A stretch of DNA of 64,000 nucleotides from Amoeboaphelidium protococcarum X5 (taxonomy: Eukaryota; Fungi; Aphelidiomycota): the NCBI GenBank assembly GCA_023515725.1, contig JALDTO010000155.1:531147-595146 (forward strand). The letters run 5' to 3'. Below, piece after piece: positions 13,601 to 27,054 of the stretch; the first letter of the stretch is position 1, and every line of letters starts with the position of its first letter. The translations under genes and the position numbers were made by a program. Under the pieces are notes generated by a model that had not been told where the DNA came from, did no database searches, and was given only the letters and a program-made list of their open reading frames with translations.

Positions 13601-13930
13601 GGCCAAGTGCTGATTACACAACTCTAAAGCATGGCTGATGGTGATGGCTGTCACCTGCTTCAAAATAGAAGTCAATGCCACATTGTATCCTTGTCGCGCA
13701 CCTTGTCTATCAGATGCCAGTCCCTTGACAAGACGCGTCAAAGCGTACTCAACATCAGTGTGTACTGTAGAACTATTATCGGCGGTCATAGATTACTGCT
13801 GCTGCAATTTGACCACTTATTCCACTAAACTCAGCGCGGCCTAATCTCTAATCGCTTTATCATTAGAAGACAAGTCCCAAAAGAGGCTCATCAACTACTT
13901 CTTACCACTATCTTCTGTGACTTCTACCAT
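10697..13930 (-). CDS. POL5: DNA polymerase phi / MYBBP1A nucleolar rRNA-biogenesis protein
   Basis: LFWDLSS...VEYALTRLVKGLASDRQGARQGYNVAL, an acidic tract and DDDQMISMGFDAKLAEIF; 1078 codons open in table 6. Confidence 0.9.
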
Positions 13931-13984
13931 TTCCGATAATATATAAGTGTTGATATAATTTCTTCAAAGAGTAATTGAAAGAGA

Positions 13985-14035
13985 TTTTTATCAATTTTCA
14001 ACAAAACGCGCTTTGATGAGAAAATTGAGCAAATT
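13985..14035. promoter_or_regulatory. Divergent POL5/HAS1 promoter with PAC-like (GATGAG) and RRPE-like (TGAAAATTGA) motifs
   Basis: 188-bp head-to-head gap; GATGAG at 14015-14020; TCAATTTTCA at 13991-14000. Confidence 0.5.
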
Positions 14036-14118
14036 CCTTTACCATTTTATCATCTAAAATCTATTATAATTACACGACGTTATATAATTTCTAAAGTTAA
14101 CAAGTGTGTAGAATTAAA

Positions 14119-15810
14119 ATGAGTTCTTCCGATAGTGATGTGGAAGTATCTGAACAAGTCGCCGTCTAAAAGGGTAAAAGCCGCTAGATTTAGGCTGAGA
14201 ATGTGGTTGATTTCCCAACCTCTCACGCAGAATCTATTGAAGACTTAATTGAGAATAACGTCGAGGAATAGCAATAATTGTCTAGTAATGGTGGCAGTAA
14301 AGTGACGCGTTTTGATGGCCTCAACTTGAGCGATGCTACTATGAAAGCTATCGGTGAGATGGGATTCGCTGACATGACCGAGATTCAGGCTAGATGTATT
14401 CCACCATCCCTGACCGGACGTGATATTCTCGGTGCTGCAAAGACTGGCAGTGGAAAGACTTTGGCTTTTCTGATCCCTATCGTTGAGTTGATGTCCAAGA
14501 TGAAGTTTAAGCCGCGTAATGGTACCGGGGCTGTAGTTATTGCTCCTACGCGTGAATTGGCTCTGTAGATATTCAGCGTGGCTAGAGAAGTTCTCAAGTA
14601 TCACTCGCAGACCTTTGGTATTGTGATGGGCGGTGCTAATAGACGCGCGGAGGCTGATAAACTGGCGAAAGGTGTTAATTTGCTGATTGCCACTCCCGGT
14701 AGATTACTCGATCATCTGCAGAACACTAAAGGCTTCATGTACAAGAATTTGAAAGCCCTGGTGATTGATGAAGCTGACCGCTGTCTGGAAGTTGGTTTCG
14801 AGGAGGAGATGAAGAAGATTGTGCAGATTCTACCTAAGGAGAGATAAACTTTACTGTTTAGTGCCACTTAGACGACCAAAGTTGAGGATTTGGCCAAGTG
14901 TGCTCTTAATAAAGCTCCGCTGTATATTAATGTTGTTCAAGAGATGGACTTTTCCACCGCTGATGGTTTAGAGCAGGGATACGTTGTATGTCCATCTGAG
15001 CTGAGGTTCTTGCTTCTGTTTGCCTTTTTGAAGCGTAATTTGAAGAAGAAGGTGATCGTCTTCTTCTCCTCTTGTAACAGTGTCAAGTACCACGCCGAGT
15101 TGTTGAATTACATTGATATTCCAGTACTAGATCTTCATGGTAAATAGAAATAGTAAAAGAGATCTAGCACTTTTATCTCTTTCAAAAATGCTGATCATGG
15201 TATTCTGCTGAGTACTGATGTTGCTGCGCGTGGACTGGATCTTCCAGCTGTTGACTGGGTGATCCAGTACGATCCTACCGATGATCCTAAAGAGTATATC
15301 CATCGCGTTGGTAGAACTGCACGTGCGGGTGGTCGTGGATCTGCACTGCTATTTCTGCTGCCAAGTGAGCTAGGATTCTTGCATTATCTCAAGTAGGCGA
15401 GGGTGCCTCTGAATGAGTATCAGTTCCCATTGAACAAATTGCCTCAAATTCAATCTCAGCTGGAGAAGCTCATCTCCAAGAACTATTACCTGCATCAGAG
15501 TGCCAAAGAGGGGTATCGCTCATATCTACAGGCATATGCTAGTCATGCACACAAACAAGTGTTTGATGTCCTGGGTCTTGATTTGAATAAAGTTGCCAAA
15601 TCTTTTGGATTCGATCAACCTCCACGCGTCAACATCAATGTCAATTTGAGTGGTAGAGAGGGTAAGAGAAAGCAGCATGGTAGCGGTGCCAATAGACCTG
15701 GTGCAGAGTACAAGAATGTCAAGGATGGAAAAGAGCATTACTCCAATAACAACAAGAACAGCAAGCGATCTAAAATTGATAACGGTGACAAGACTCAGTG
15801 GTCCAAATGA
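14119..15810 (+). CDS. HAS1: DEAD-box RNA helicase Has1/DDX18
   Basis: [23 protein letters not shown] (Q encoded by TAG), HRVGRTAR; C-terminal [22 protein letters not shown]. Confidence 0.97.
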
Positions 15811-15929
15811 ACGATCTTTGACATGAAATAAATTTGAAAATAATCAAAACTATAATCATTTTAATAGCCTAACATATATAAAAAATATGGATTTAATCGC
15901 TGTATCATTACGAATATTAGAATCAGAAA

Positions 15930-16388
15930 TCATTCGGTAATCAGTTCATTGCAGGCCCAATCTTCGTACGTGCCATCCGGTAAGTATCGCCTGATGGTGA
16001 GAGGAATTCTTTATTCTCGCAATTCTTTCAAGGCGATCTGAAACGGATCAGTTTCTCCCTCCAACTCGACCATGATCGGCGAGTTCATGCTGATCTACAG
16101 AGCACGCGTCCCCAGAATTCTTGCCCTTTCATACTTGGTCATGTACGGGGTGGTGATACGCTCTTTCAATGGCACGGTATCTCGATTCGCAGGCTATTAT
16201 TGAGAATCGACATCCATTTAATTCTACACCACAGCAAAGTCTTTTCCCTACTCAGCAACACCTTCACGCTGCTATAAGTATTCGCGCTAATTCTCAACCA
16301 CCTCCTGCTCATCCAGATTATAATCGTCATCATAATCATCCGCATTATATTACGCACTATTATCATTATTATATTCTTCGCCCTCCAT
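15930..16388 (-). CDS. RPB6: RNA polymerase I/II/III shared subunit RPB6
   Basis: [28 protein letters not shown]...[13 protein letters not shown] after an acidic N-terminus; probable 5'-UTR intron at about 16407-16430. Confidence 0.96.
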
Positions 16389-16723
16389 TATATATATCCT
16401 CTAAATCTAATGAGTGAGTGAGTGACTTACAATGGCTCTTTAACAAAAATTGAAGAGAAAAAGAGTAAAAAGATAGAGAGCAGGAAAGAGCTTGCTCGCT
16501 TTGTACATCTAGAGAGAGAAACGCAAAACGATCAAGCGTGAAAGTTTTCTTGAAATTGGAAAGGGGAAATAGAAATTAAATCGACGCGTCGCGCATCCGT
16601 TTCTGTTTCAGCACGGTCAAAAGTTCTCTTCATAATACGCTGTAAAAGTGCACAGTTCCATCATACGGTACTCGTTAATTTACTAGTTATAGTTAGCAGT
16701 AACTATAGTCTTTGTGATTAGCT

Positions 16724-18298
16724 ATGTAAAATCCACTTCTTATTCAAAGTACTAAAACCTCGTTTGCGGGAAATTAGATTACCGCTTCCTTGGAGTATCC
16801 CGCCAGGTTGACCATGTACAAGGATGCTCCGTCATTGGAAATATCTTTGGAAGAGTTTGAGCTATTTGCTGTGGATAGACTGAAGGTGCTATTGGAATTG
16901 GAGTCTGCAGTATTGCGCAATAGAACGGATGAACAGATGAGGACTCTATTCCGAGATCATCTGAAGAAGTTGTTCCCTTTCAGTCCGAATAATGCCGCCA
17001 CTCTAGGTGTTGACGTGGACGAGGAGCGACGTAAAGATTACATCAGTCACTTCATTCTACGTTTATCTTACTCCCGCACTGATGAATAGAGATCTTGGTT
17101 TATGCGTAATGAAGCCGTGCTGTTTAAAATGCGTTGGGAAATGCTGACCGATGATGAACGTATGCAGTTTGTGCGTGAGAATCTGGACATTGCTCGCGTA
17201 CCTAACTAGGAGAGATCTGCTCTGTAGTCGAGTCTAAGTGCATCTGTATCATCTCATTCATTTGGAAACTTATAATAGTAATAAGATGGCTCTAATTTGA
17301 AGGCTGAAGTTTATTATCAAGTCCCGTTTGAAAAAGTTTGTGACCTGGTTGGTAGACGTGAGGTTTTTCTACGCAATGGATTTGCCTATGTTAGAAAGAG
17401 TTAAATCTTTAGTATTGTGTTGAGTGAGTTTAAGCAGCATCTGTAGGAGTAATTGTTAGTATGTAGTAGACTGTTACCTCGAGTTGAGTAGGATGAGCGT
17501 CTGAAGCCTCTACTGGTTGGACTGTCAAAGTAGAGTCTGGATAGTGGATATAATAGCGCTAGTGGTTCTCTGTAGTAGCGCGGCGAAGATATCAAGTGGG
17601 ACCAGGTGGGCGATTATGTTCAACACTTTCCACCATGTATGAAGGTTCTGCACCAGTCGTTGAGAGAGAATTCTCACTTGAAACATTAGGGGAGATAGCA
17701 ATTAAGTCTATTCTTAAAAGGTATTGGACTACCATTGGAAGATGCGCTTATCTTTTGGTAGAAGGCCTTTAGTAAAAAGTATAATGAAGAGTAATTCAAG
17801 CGCTAGTACGCGTACAACATTCGTCACAATTATGGTAAAGAGGGAAAGCGCGCTGACTACACTCCATTTAGTTGTATGAAGATTATCACGTAGAATGCAC
17901 CTAGTAATGGAGAAGTGCATGGTTGTCCGTTTAAGCATTATAATAAAGACAGCCTGACCGGGTTGATGAGAGGATACGGACTTAAAGATGCAGATGCAAG
18001 AGAGGTAGTCAACTTGGCCAAGAATGGTGGTCACTGCCAGGTGGCTTGTACAAAGTACTTTGAAATTAGTCGCGGCATAGTACCATCCCAGTCGCAGTCG
18101 AGTAAGAATCAACCATAAGTAAGTTAATCTGAAGGTCAGTTTAAGAATGACACTCAGCATAACGTGATGGACACCATTGCTCATCCTAATCAGTTTTTCG
18201 ATTTGAGTCTAAAGTAGGCGGTTGGGAAGTCTACAACTGTCAACTCTTAATCTCAGTCATCTTAAGGTATTAGTGCAGGCGATGAAGCTGAGCAATGA
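16724..18298 (+). CDS. PRI2: DNA primase large subunit
   Basis: EISLEEFELFAVDRLKVL, RRKDYISHFILRL, HFPPCM, YNIRHNYGKEGKRADYTPFSC, HGCPFKH, HPNQFF (Fe-S domain). Confidence 0.97.
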
Positions 18299-18537
18299 AT
18301 TCACTCTATTTATTTGAATATCACTGTGGTAGTTTTTTTTCCTATCGTGATTGAACAAGTTGCGACAATTCTATTCTGTACCGTAAAAATTCAGCCGCTC
18401 CTCCTCTTTTTCTTCGTCATTGAATTGATCCTGGCGCTTCTCCTTTCTCCTTTCGTTCAGTTAGTTGATCACTTCAATACAAACTTAAAGTTGTAGTTTT
18501 AGTAAAAGTTTAAAGAATAGTATTAAGTAGAAAAATA

Positions 18538-20229
18538 ATGCCAAGAACAGCAAAGTAGGCGTAGATTGAGTAGCAAGATTAGCTACAAAATGGTACTCCG
18601 AAAATGACAGTTTAACAATTGAAAACAGAGTTGAAGTAGAAAGGCTTGCCCACATCAGGAGTGAAAGATGAGTTGATGTAGCGATATGTTCAGGCAATGT
18701 CAGAGTTTTAAACTGGCGATAATACGGAAGATATCGAAGATGTTGTAGAGGATGAGAGCGAGAGCGATGATGATTTATAGGCTGTTGGCAGATACGAAAG
18801 TTGGGCTCTTGGAGAGGTGCAGTCTGAATTGAAGCGAAGATCTCTGCCTGCAAAGGGAACTAAAGCTAAATTGATTGAAAGTCTTATCGCTGATGATTTG
18901 ATGGCAAAGTAACAATAGACCAAGTCAGATGCGGCTTAAATGGGCGGTAAATAGTAATCATCCGGTAATTCGCTTACTAATAAGGTTGCCAAAGTTGAAA
19001 AGAAGGTATTAGCAGATGGTGGTAGCAACAAGGTTGATTAAGAACTGTCATTGTTGTATTAGCCAGTTACAACTTGCTATTACTTTGTACTTGCATTGCA
19101 GGATTATTCGCTAAGTTTTGCTAGATATCTATTGGAGCATAAATCTTATTTATTCATTGCAATGATTATCGCTGGTGTATCCGCTGCTGGTACTCTGCTT
19201 GATAATCCTTATCAGAGTCAATTTGTGCTTGCAGAGTCTTTAATCTCGTGGTATTTGTGGTGGATTGTACTTGGAGTGGCGTCTTCCATTGGATTAGGTA
19301 CTGGACTGCATACTTTCGTACTCTTCCTGGGACCGCTTATTGCAGAAGTGACTGTATTCGCGTATGAGTGTCCTTCACTGGACTTTGATCTGCATGGATC
19401 GGATGCATTCATCTGCAGAAATAGTTACAATGGCAAGGTGGTGTTGTTAAATGTGTACAAAAAGATTATGTTTGAGGCGCTGGCCTGGGGTATTGGAACG
19501 GCCATTGGTGAGCTACCTCCGTATTTTGTGGCGAGAGCTGCTGCACTTGCCGGTCAGAGCGGTAGTGGACAGGCTGAGGAGGAGCTTGATGATATTGAGC
19601 GTCTGCAGAAGATTCCAATGAGTCAGCGCACTGTATGGGATAAATTGAAGCTGTTCATGTTCGAAGCGATGAAGAAGGCTGGATTTATGGGCATTTTGTT
19701 GTGCGCATCTATTCCTAATCCACTCTTTGATCTTGCAGGTATTACTTGTGGACACTTCCTGGTTCCATTCAGCACCTTCTTTGGTGCAACTCTTATTGGC
19801 AAGGCCTTCTTTAAAGCATCGCTGTAAACTTGGTCTGTGATTTTTGTGTTTTCTAAATCCAGTCTAGATAAGTTGTTGGCTGTGGTGAAGAAGTTTAATC
19901 CGCAGTTGCACATGATCATCTCAAAGTTTCTGGCTGAGTAGAGACTGGCGTTTAGTCGTCCGTCTGGTGTTAAAGTCCCCAATGCCTCCACGTCTTCTGT
20001 TATATCCACCTTGTGGAATTCAGTGATATTTCTCATGATCATGTACTTTTTGTAATCCATTGTGGTGTCGATAGCGTCCGCGAAGCGTAGAGCTTCATTG
20101 TCTTCCCAAGCTGCAGCTACTACTGGTAAGAGTGATGTATAAGCTGTCGGTACACCATCAAAGGCTGTCAAGAAACCTAAAAAGTCTCCATCATCCACTC
20201 GCAAGACTCCGTCAAAGAGTAAAAAGTGA
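18538..20229 (+). CDS. VMP1: Vacuole membrane protein 1 (DedA-family scramblase) with two N-terminal SAP motifs
   Basis: LGVASSIGLGTGLHTFVLFLGP, WGIGTAIGELPPYFVARAA, ASIPNPLFDLAGITCGHFLVPF; N-terminal extension in the same frame. Confidence 0.93.
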
Positions 20230-20363
20230 ATATGGCTTGGCTGTGAATGAATTAACTTCTCAATAGCGAAATTTGAGTAATAAAGATATAACATCGCTTT
20301 TTAATAACAATTCTATTTACTGTAATATATAACCATAATACACTTCACGCTTGAATCCAACCT

Positions 20364-22628
20364 TCACTGAGCATCGTTGGCGTGCAGAAAACTAAATTCA
20401 ACGCCAGTAAAGTTTAGCACCAACATTAACGCCATGATAGTGGTGTACCAAACAATCACAGCGTAGCCATACATCTTTCCGACACGATACCGAGACAGTG
20501 GAACATAGATAAGATTAAATAGAACCATCAGAAGGAGGCCGCTGTAAGAAATCAATAAATTCGAATTTAACTGGAACTAAGCTGGCGGTTTTCCAATGCC
20601 CAATAGACCACTAATGCCAAGTACCATCAAGATATTCATCAGAGGTGAGGCAAAAGAGGCTGCGAAAGACATACGTGACAGACCCATCCTGGACAGAGTC
20701 ACATTGGACACCAGATCTCCGACTGAATTGCCCAGTGCAAACACAGTTATACCCAGAATGGCGTCTGATATATCAAAAATCTTGCCAAATGCTTTCATAA
20801 GGCCAACAACTTCATTACATAGACAGTATATCCACAATAATCCAACCAAAAATCCGACAAATGCAAGAAAGGGATGAGATATCGGAACGAGAGGTGTTCG
20901 CTTCTGAGTGGAGATAGAATTCACGTATCGCCGATAATATCTATACGGATTCGTGACGTACCAGCTGATTACTGCCAGTATAGAACCAATTACCAAAGCA
21001 AAAGCGTATGAAGGAATTTGAACATTATTACCAACCTTGACACTGAGCATGTATGCTTTAAGAGCGACCAGAGCAAAAAGAGGAGCTATAAACATCTGGC
21101 AAATGATAATCCATCGATCGATCCACAGACAACTTAGCTAAGTATTAAGCTAGCGTGCAATCTACTTGCAGCACTAATCATGTATTCTGTCATACTGCTT
21201 AGGCTTTAAAGCGGGCGAGCATTAGCCACACATCTCTGGTGTCCTCTTATCACCAACCACATGATCACCATGTCCACACTCAGACTCACTCAACTCCACA
21301 ACAGGTGTGGTGAGACTGAGTAACAGCAGCGCGGGCGCGTTAATAATACTCAAAACTCTACCGGTAAAGAAGGACAGTCTCCAAGTTTTGAGGATAGGGA
21401 ATGCATGATACGCCAGATATGTAACAGTGCCTACTTCCATTTCATCCTCTGAAGATAACTTGTCATTACACAGCAAACAAGTATCTGGCTTATAAACACT
21501 ACTGGTAGATTAGCCATCTTCATATTGAGCAATTCCATCAGAGTCGCATAATTGAGGAGGCAGTTTACTACTTTATTCATCCAGCTAATCCAAGCTGTTT
21601 GGATCAGAGATTAAAAGCATCTAGTCCTCCACCTCTTTGTACGCATCTTTCAATTCAACCGCAGCCACAATAGATGTAACTTGCTATCCATGTTGAACTC
21701 CTTCCAACCTCCGCCTGACAATACTTTCAGCAATAGATTCAACCGCACTACTATATGATTTTATAGACGACGAGTCAAGAAATACTGGAGTCTATGGACC
21801 ATCATCAGAACTACTAGATTCATACACATCTGACAGCAATCTCTGCGTCTCCTCCCTCCTAAACGCCGATTTTCGACGCGCCCTAATGTGACCATAAAAC
21901 ACGTACATAACATAAGACGCGTAGATACCAACCATCAGTAATCCCTGCCACCAGAACATTTAACCAGTAACCAATAGCACGCCGAGATACAAGACAGCAA
22001 CCATAAGGAATCCAATATCACGCACAAACGTGCCCCTCTCCACCTTGACCACACTCTACTTGGACGATATCACCACAGCTCCGGCCACTATACCAGCAAC
22101 AAATAAACCAGCGCCAATAATCTCACCAACACCCATCGCCACACTACCCACCTGATTAATGGCCACCAGAGAGGAAATCAAATCTGACGCGCCATTTCCC
22201 ACGGCAAGCAAAGTCACGCCAGCCACTTCTTACGGCAGGCTGAGCAGATTACTCAAAGTGCTCAAGTTGGGACAGAAATAATCAGACGCTGCTGTGCCCA
22301 GAAATACAAACAGGAATATCATCTACAGTCCAAATAGAATGAGTCCAAGCCATTATACATCCTGCAACTGACAGTAATATAGCTCCATGTATGGTATCAG
22401 AGAGGGAGAATGCTCCTTATCCAAGCAAAAATCTCTCACAAATTAACACCTCTCCTCAACAGGTATTTCTTCCGGAGAAATACATTCAGTAATGTTTCTA
22501 TAATGTACTTGTGAGACTTTCTTATTAATTTCATACTATGGCAACACCACTTCTGATTTGGCATGCAGAGTAGTAGTAGTAGCAAATATAAACAACAATA
22601 ACCAGAAATAACCAGTATTCTTCTTCAT
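20364..22628 (-). CDS. Cation/Ca2+ exchanger (CCX/NCLX/Ycx1-like)
   Basis: Alpha-1 repeat AGVTLLAVGNGASDLISS and alpha-2 repeat GITVFALGNSVGDLVSN; TAASDYFCPNLSTLS. Confidence 0.92.
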
Positions 22629-23131
22629 TGTGATATGATGTGCTTTATCAATAGCGAAAGACTTGAGTATCGCAATAAATGGTCAAGTATCTTACTATTA
22701 AAATTGATTCACAGGCACTCGATTCAGTTAAAATGGAGGGACAGAGAATATTATTATTATACTCCTGTAATATAAGAGCTACCCGTTAGAGTCCAAAATT
22801 ACTGTATGATCGGCCAAGTGAAGATTTTAATTCTGATTGGTCAACGCGATGAATGAAAAATTATTCACCCCCATCACGCGCGCGCTTCGTCTTGGGATCA
22901 CTCTGACCGGTTTAGTTGCTGTGCTTACATCAGTAATCGTCTGAGGAAGTGGAGAAAGCATGTGTAAATTTTGTATTCAAAAGCAAAAAGATATAAAAAT
23001 ATAGTTTCAACTATTATTTAACCGACAGCAAATTTAATCAATCAATTAATCCTCAATTTTAACAACATCGTACTACAATTAGAACAACAGCAACAACAAT
23101 GTATACTCACAAACACAAGTAAGTAAGTAAA

Positions 23132-24149
23132 TCACTTCTTGGCAGCAGTCTTGGCTTTAGCTGGAGTCTTCTTCTTGGCAGGAGACTTCTTCACAGCAGC
23201 CTTCTTGACAGGTGACTTTTTAGCGGCAGCAGGAGCCTTCTTCTTCTCCACACGCCCCTTCTTGACAACCTGCTTCTTGGCAGGGGAAGCCTTTTTCTTT
23301 GGCGAGCTTTTGGTTGCAACTTTCTTCGTGCCGGTAGCCTTTTTACCAGTAGCAGACTTGCTTGGGGATTTGACAACGGCAGCCTTTGTGGAAGATGAAG
23401 ATGCCGCCTTGGTAGGAGAAGCGGATTTGGCTTTTGGTGTAGCCTTCTTCTTAGCTGGAGCCTTGGTCTTTTTTGCAGTAGCAGCAGATGCAGTCTTCTT
23501 GGTTGCCGCCTTCTTCTTGTCAGCCACCTTCTTTGCAGCAACTTTACTCTTCTTGGCAGGAGACTTCTTCTTTGCAGCAGCGGTGGTAGAAGCCTTCTTC
23601 TTGGTACTCTTGGCTGGAGATGCAACTTTTTCAGAAGACGAGGCAGCAGATTTCTTTGGTGATTTAGAAGGACTCTTGGATGAAGCCTTCTTCGTGCTTG
23701 AAGCCTTCTTACTTGGAGACTTTGCTGGAGAAACAGCACCTGCCAACTTCACAGGACCATTAACGCCCTTATCTTGAACCAATTAACCTTCTTCAACACC
23801 CTTCTTGACGGCAAGATTTAGCTGACTATCAAACTTTGGGCCAGACGCAACAGACTTGTTATTTGAAACGATAAACTACACAAAGAACATGGAAAACAAT
23901 TATGAATGAAACACAATAAAACGAAATAACAATTACCTTCTTGATAGCAGTCTTGGTAGATCCATTCTTATCAGCAAGCTAGACAATAGAGTTCACCACC
24001 ATATCTTTGATATCAGCAGCAGCAGATGCGTCACCAGCCTGACTAGCCTTCTTTGGAGACTTGGACGGACTCTTGGAAACAGAAGCCTTCTTTGCAGATG
24101 ACGGCTTGGCAGCAACAGAGGTGGATGAAGTAGAAGCTTTCTTTGGCAT
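23132..24149 (-). CDS. H1: Linker histone H1
   Basis: Globular domain DMVVNSIVQLADKNGSTKTAIKK|FIV...LAVKKGVEEGQLVQDKGVNGPVKL (intron 23876-23936) followed by a Lys/Ala/SPKK tail. Confidence 0.95.
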
Positions 24150-24582
24150 ATCGTATCGTATCTTGAGTAATTAACAGGAGTGATATAGTCTAGTTGTATT
24201 ATTATTATTATACAGTCAGTTGTCTTTCTCTCTCTCAAAGTCTTCGCAGTGAAACAGAAACGGTCGATTGTTATTTGAAGAAACAAAGGAGAGGGAGAGC
24301 GATTTCAGTTTGGCTGCGCTCTAATGAACAAACAATGCAGCGCTTGCTCAAGCTTTGTCGTTTCTGAAACGGTTTTTACTCTACCTAGCAATTAGACTTC
24401 TTTAAATGACATTGAATGTTGTATAATAGTTTAATATCTCTTCTTGATAAATAAAATTGTTACTTGCGATGAACTTATATCCAGACTTATTCGCCTTTTC
24501 AATTCTTTTTCAGTTCGCAATTGGCGATCGAATTCTTCATAACTCGCAATAATAACAATTGATCCTGATATCATCGCGAACA

Positions 24583-24980
24583 ATGTCCAACAGAAATTAC
24601 TGTTTTGAACGCGTCAAGGTATGATAATATAAATATGGAGTCTTTATCTAAATGTATTCTTGGTAGAACGGTGCCACGACTGGCGGAATTATTGGACTTA
24701 CGATTGGAACCATTTACGGCGGTGTTAACATGATCTCGTAAGTTTGTCAGTCTACAATATACAAAATAAGTCTAAACTGACATTATATGTAAAGTGTAGA
24801 GTGAGAGACGCCACTATGGGATAGAGACTGCAGTTGGTGGCCCGAACAGTGGCTGGTTTCGCGCTGTCATTTGGATTCTTTTTGGCCATTGGTAGTGCGA
24901 TCAGGTGTGACTCGCCTATCGCGTGCTATGCTGACCGTAGAAATGTATTGATCAAATCAAGTAAGGATAACTAACAGTGA
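24583..24980 (+). CDS. MGR2: Mitochondrial TIM23 subunit Mgr2/ROMO1
   Basis: CFERVK|NGATTGGIIGLTIGTIYGG...SFGFFLAIGSAIRC; two short introns. Confidence 0.88.
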
Positions 24981-25134
24981 AATTTAATTAGTTATAAATG
25001 CTATTCCTCATATTATTGATTGATTAAAAGTTTTCACCAACGGTGTCTGAGTGTTTGCCATCACTTTATCACTTCTTTCGTTTAGCGCGTTAATATTTTT
25101 TCATTTTATTACAACTTTTATCGCGACTGTTACG

Positions 25135-25980
25135 ATGGCAGACGAGTTGGACTTGTTGTACAATGACGATGAAGTTCCTAGCTATACTTAATAAGTGGAA
25201 GAAAAGAAGAAGATTACCACAGAATCAGCAAAGTAAGCGGGAAGTAAAAATGATCAAGTGATAGCACCTTCTGGGGGTATAGAGACTCAACCATCCGCAT
25301 CTGAGACACCGTAAATCAATGTGGAATTTGCACACGACTTTGAAGATGAAGTGGCAAAACCTGCCACCACAATTAAACTCACGGATAACGCGTCACAGCT
25401 GGAAGATGTTCCTCCTACTCGAGCTCTGTACATTAGCGATCTAGAATGGGTAAGCGTTAATGCGAGCTCTTAGTCTTGATTCTCACACACTCTGATTGTA
25501 GTGGACCAGTGACAATGATCTCATGATCGGATGCGTGGAAGGACTGGAAACTGCGGAAGATTTTAGCATGCGTGACACTCCAATAACTAACATTGTGTTC
25601 CTCGATCATAAAGTGAATGGGAAATCAAAAGGAGTGGCATATGTTGAATTCAAAACAGAACAGGATGCAATCGCTGCCAGAGCTCGATTGTCGTTAGTTG
25701 AGTTTAGCGGTAAGAAGGCTCGCGTTGCATTTGTAAATACGTAACAGCTTGGTTCTCCATTCTTGGATACACCTCTTGGTATGTTTACTTTTAATTTTAA
25801 TCGTTTACGTTATACTATTAGTATTAATGTGTAGACTCTCTTGGTAAATTTGCCATTTCTAATATCTCACTAATACCAGGCAATAAGGATGTTAATCAGC
25901 AATTTGAGCACAAATCTCACAGAGGAGGTCGCGGCAGAGGAGGTGGATCCTACAGAGGGCGTCAAATATATCAATCTTGA
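25135..25980 (+). CDS. RRM protein, CFIm68/CPSF6-like
   Basis: MADELDLLY start; RRM ALYISDLEW|WTSDNDL...DHKVNGKSKGVAYVEF; RGG tail; two introns. Confidence 0.75.
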
Positions 25981-26175
25981 AATATACATTCAATAATATT
26001 TAACATACTATATCTTTATCACACTAATTGATACGTAACGTCTAATTAATGTCTCGTGACACCTCGTGAAAATGCAGATGTTACAAAGTCGGACATTAAA
26101 AAGTCTCCGATTTAATCTAAAATCTTTCTAATCTTCAATTAAGATAATTAGATTCTATAGATTATTAAGCTGTTT

Positions 26176-26925
26176 ATGATGTTTTTTCTTGCTATTATAA
26201 TGATGATAAGCTTAGCGTGTGCACTCCAAGTTGACAATACGTGTGATGCGAAACAATCTGTGATCAATGGCTTTATCACAGATACTAAATAATGGCCTGG
26301 CGACTCGAGCCCTCTTACTATTTAGAAAGTTACTTAGGTGTTCTCCAATTCTCCAGTATTTAATAGCGGCGATTGGAAGCTGACTGTAATGTGCAAAAGT
26401 CAGCAAAAGAGTAGCCTCTATGACTTCTTTCTGGACTCTGAATCTTATGGGCTGATATGGTTTGCATTTGAGACGCAAGCCTGGAAAGGACAGGTGTCTA
26501 ACGCGGCCAAACTAAAAAAATACGCTCCACAAGTACCAAAGCGGGCATCTCAGAAATTGTTTAACGATTTCGTGCATGTGATTTCGGAGCTTCTGTTGGA
26601 CGTGTTTCCGCGATAAGGTTCTTTTAGTGTGCCCAAAGACAATGATTACTTGAAGCTTACTTTTGATTCTTACGCACTGAGAGGTTAGATGAATTCAGTT
26701 GTCACTAGTGGGCTACCTATCCATTTTGAATCGCCTGAATAGGGGTAGAGATTAGCTGAGATGCTCTAATCCGGGTTTGGTGTGAAGTTGTCGCGCTATC
26801 AGACGCCTAAAGACTTTATTCAATCTCGCACCTCCTCATTTCTAATGCCTGACTAGCGAGAGTAAGTACTGGAATTGGCAACGTGGAGCGGGTACATGGA
26901 TCCAAAAGAGGTGTTGGGTCAATGA
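26176..26925 (+). CDS. Hypothetical secreted protein (249 aa)
   Basis: MMFFLAIIMMISLACA signal peptide; 250 codons open to TGA in table 6. Confidence 0.65.
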
Positions 26926-27054
26926 TGTGCTCTGTCTCTGTTTCATGGACCATACTGATGATCTTTTGATGACTGCGATATGTTTTGAATAACATTGAAT
27001 TAGGTAAAATCTTCAAAATAGTTACATAATACCACGTTTTTACTTTACAAAGAT

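Noticed and set aside
22800-22975. Possible snoRNA or snRNA (CTGA boxes, AATTTTG Sm-like site) between the exchanger and H1
   Set aside because: No canonical box C and no convincing rRNA-antisense guide; the region is explained as a promoter with a CCAAT box (CTGATTGG) and CGCG elements.
23139-23777. 212-aa hydrophobic + strand ORF
   Set aside because: Antisense shadow of the Lys/Ala-rich histone H1 tail.
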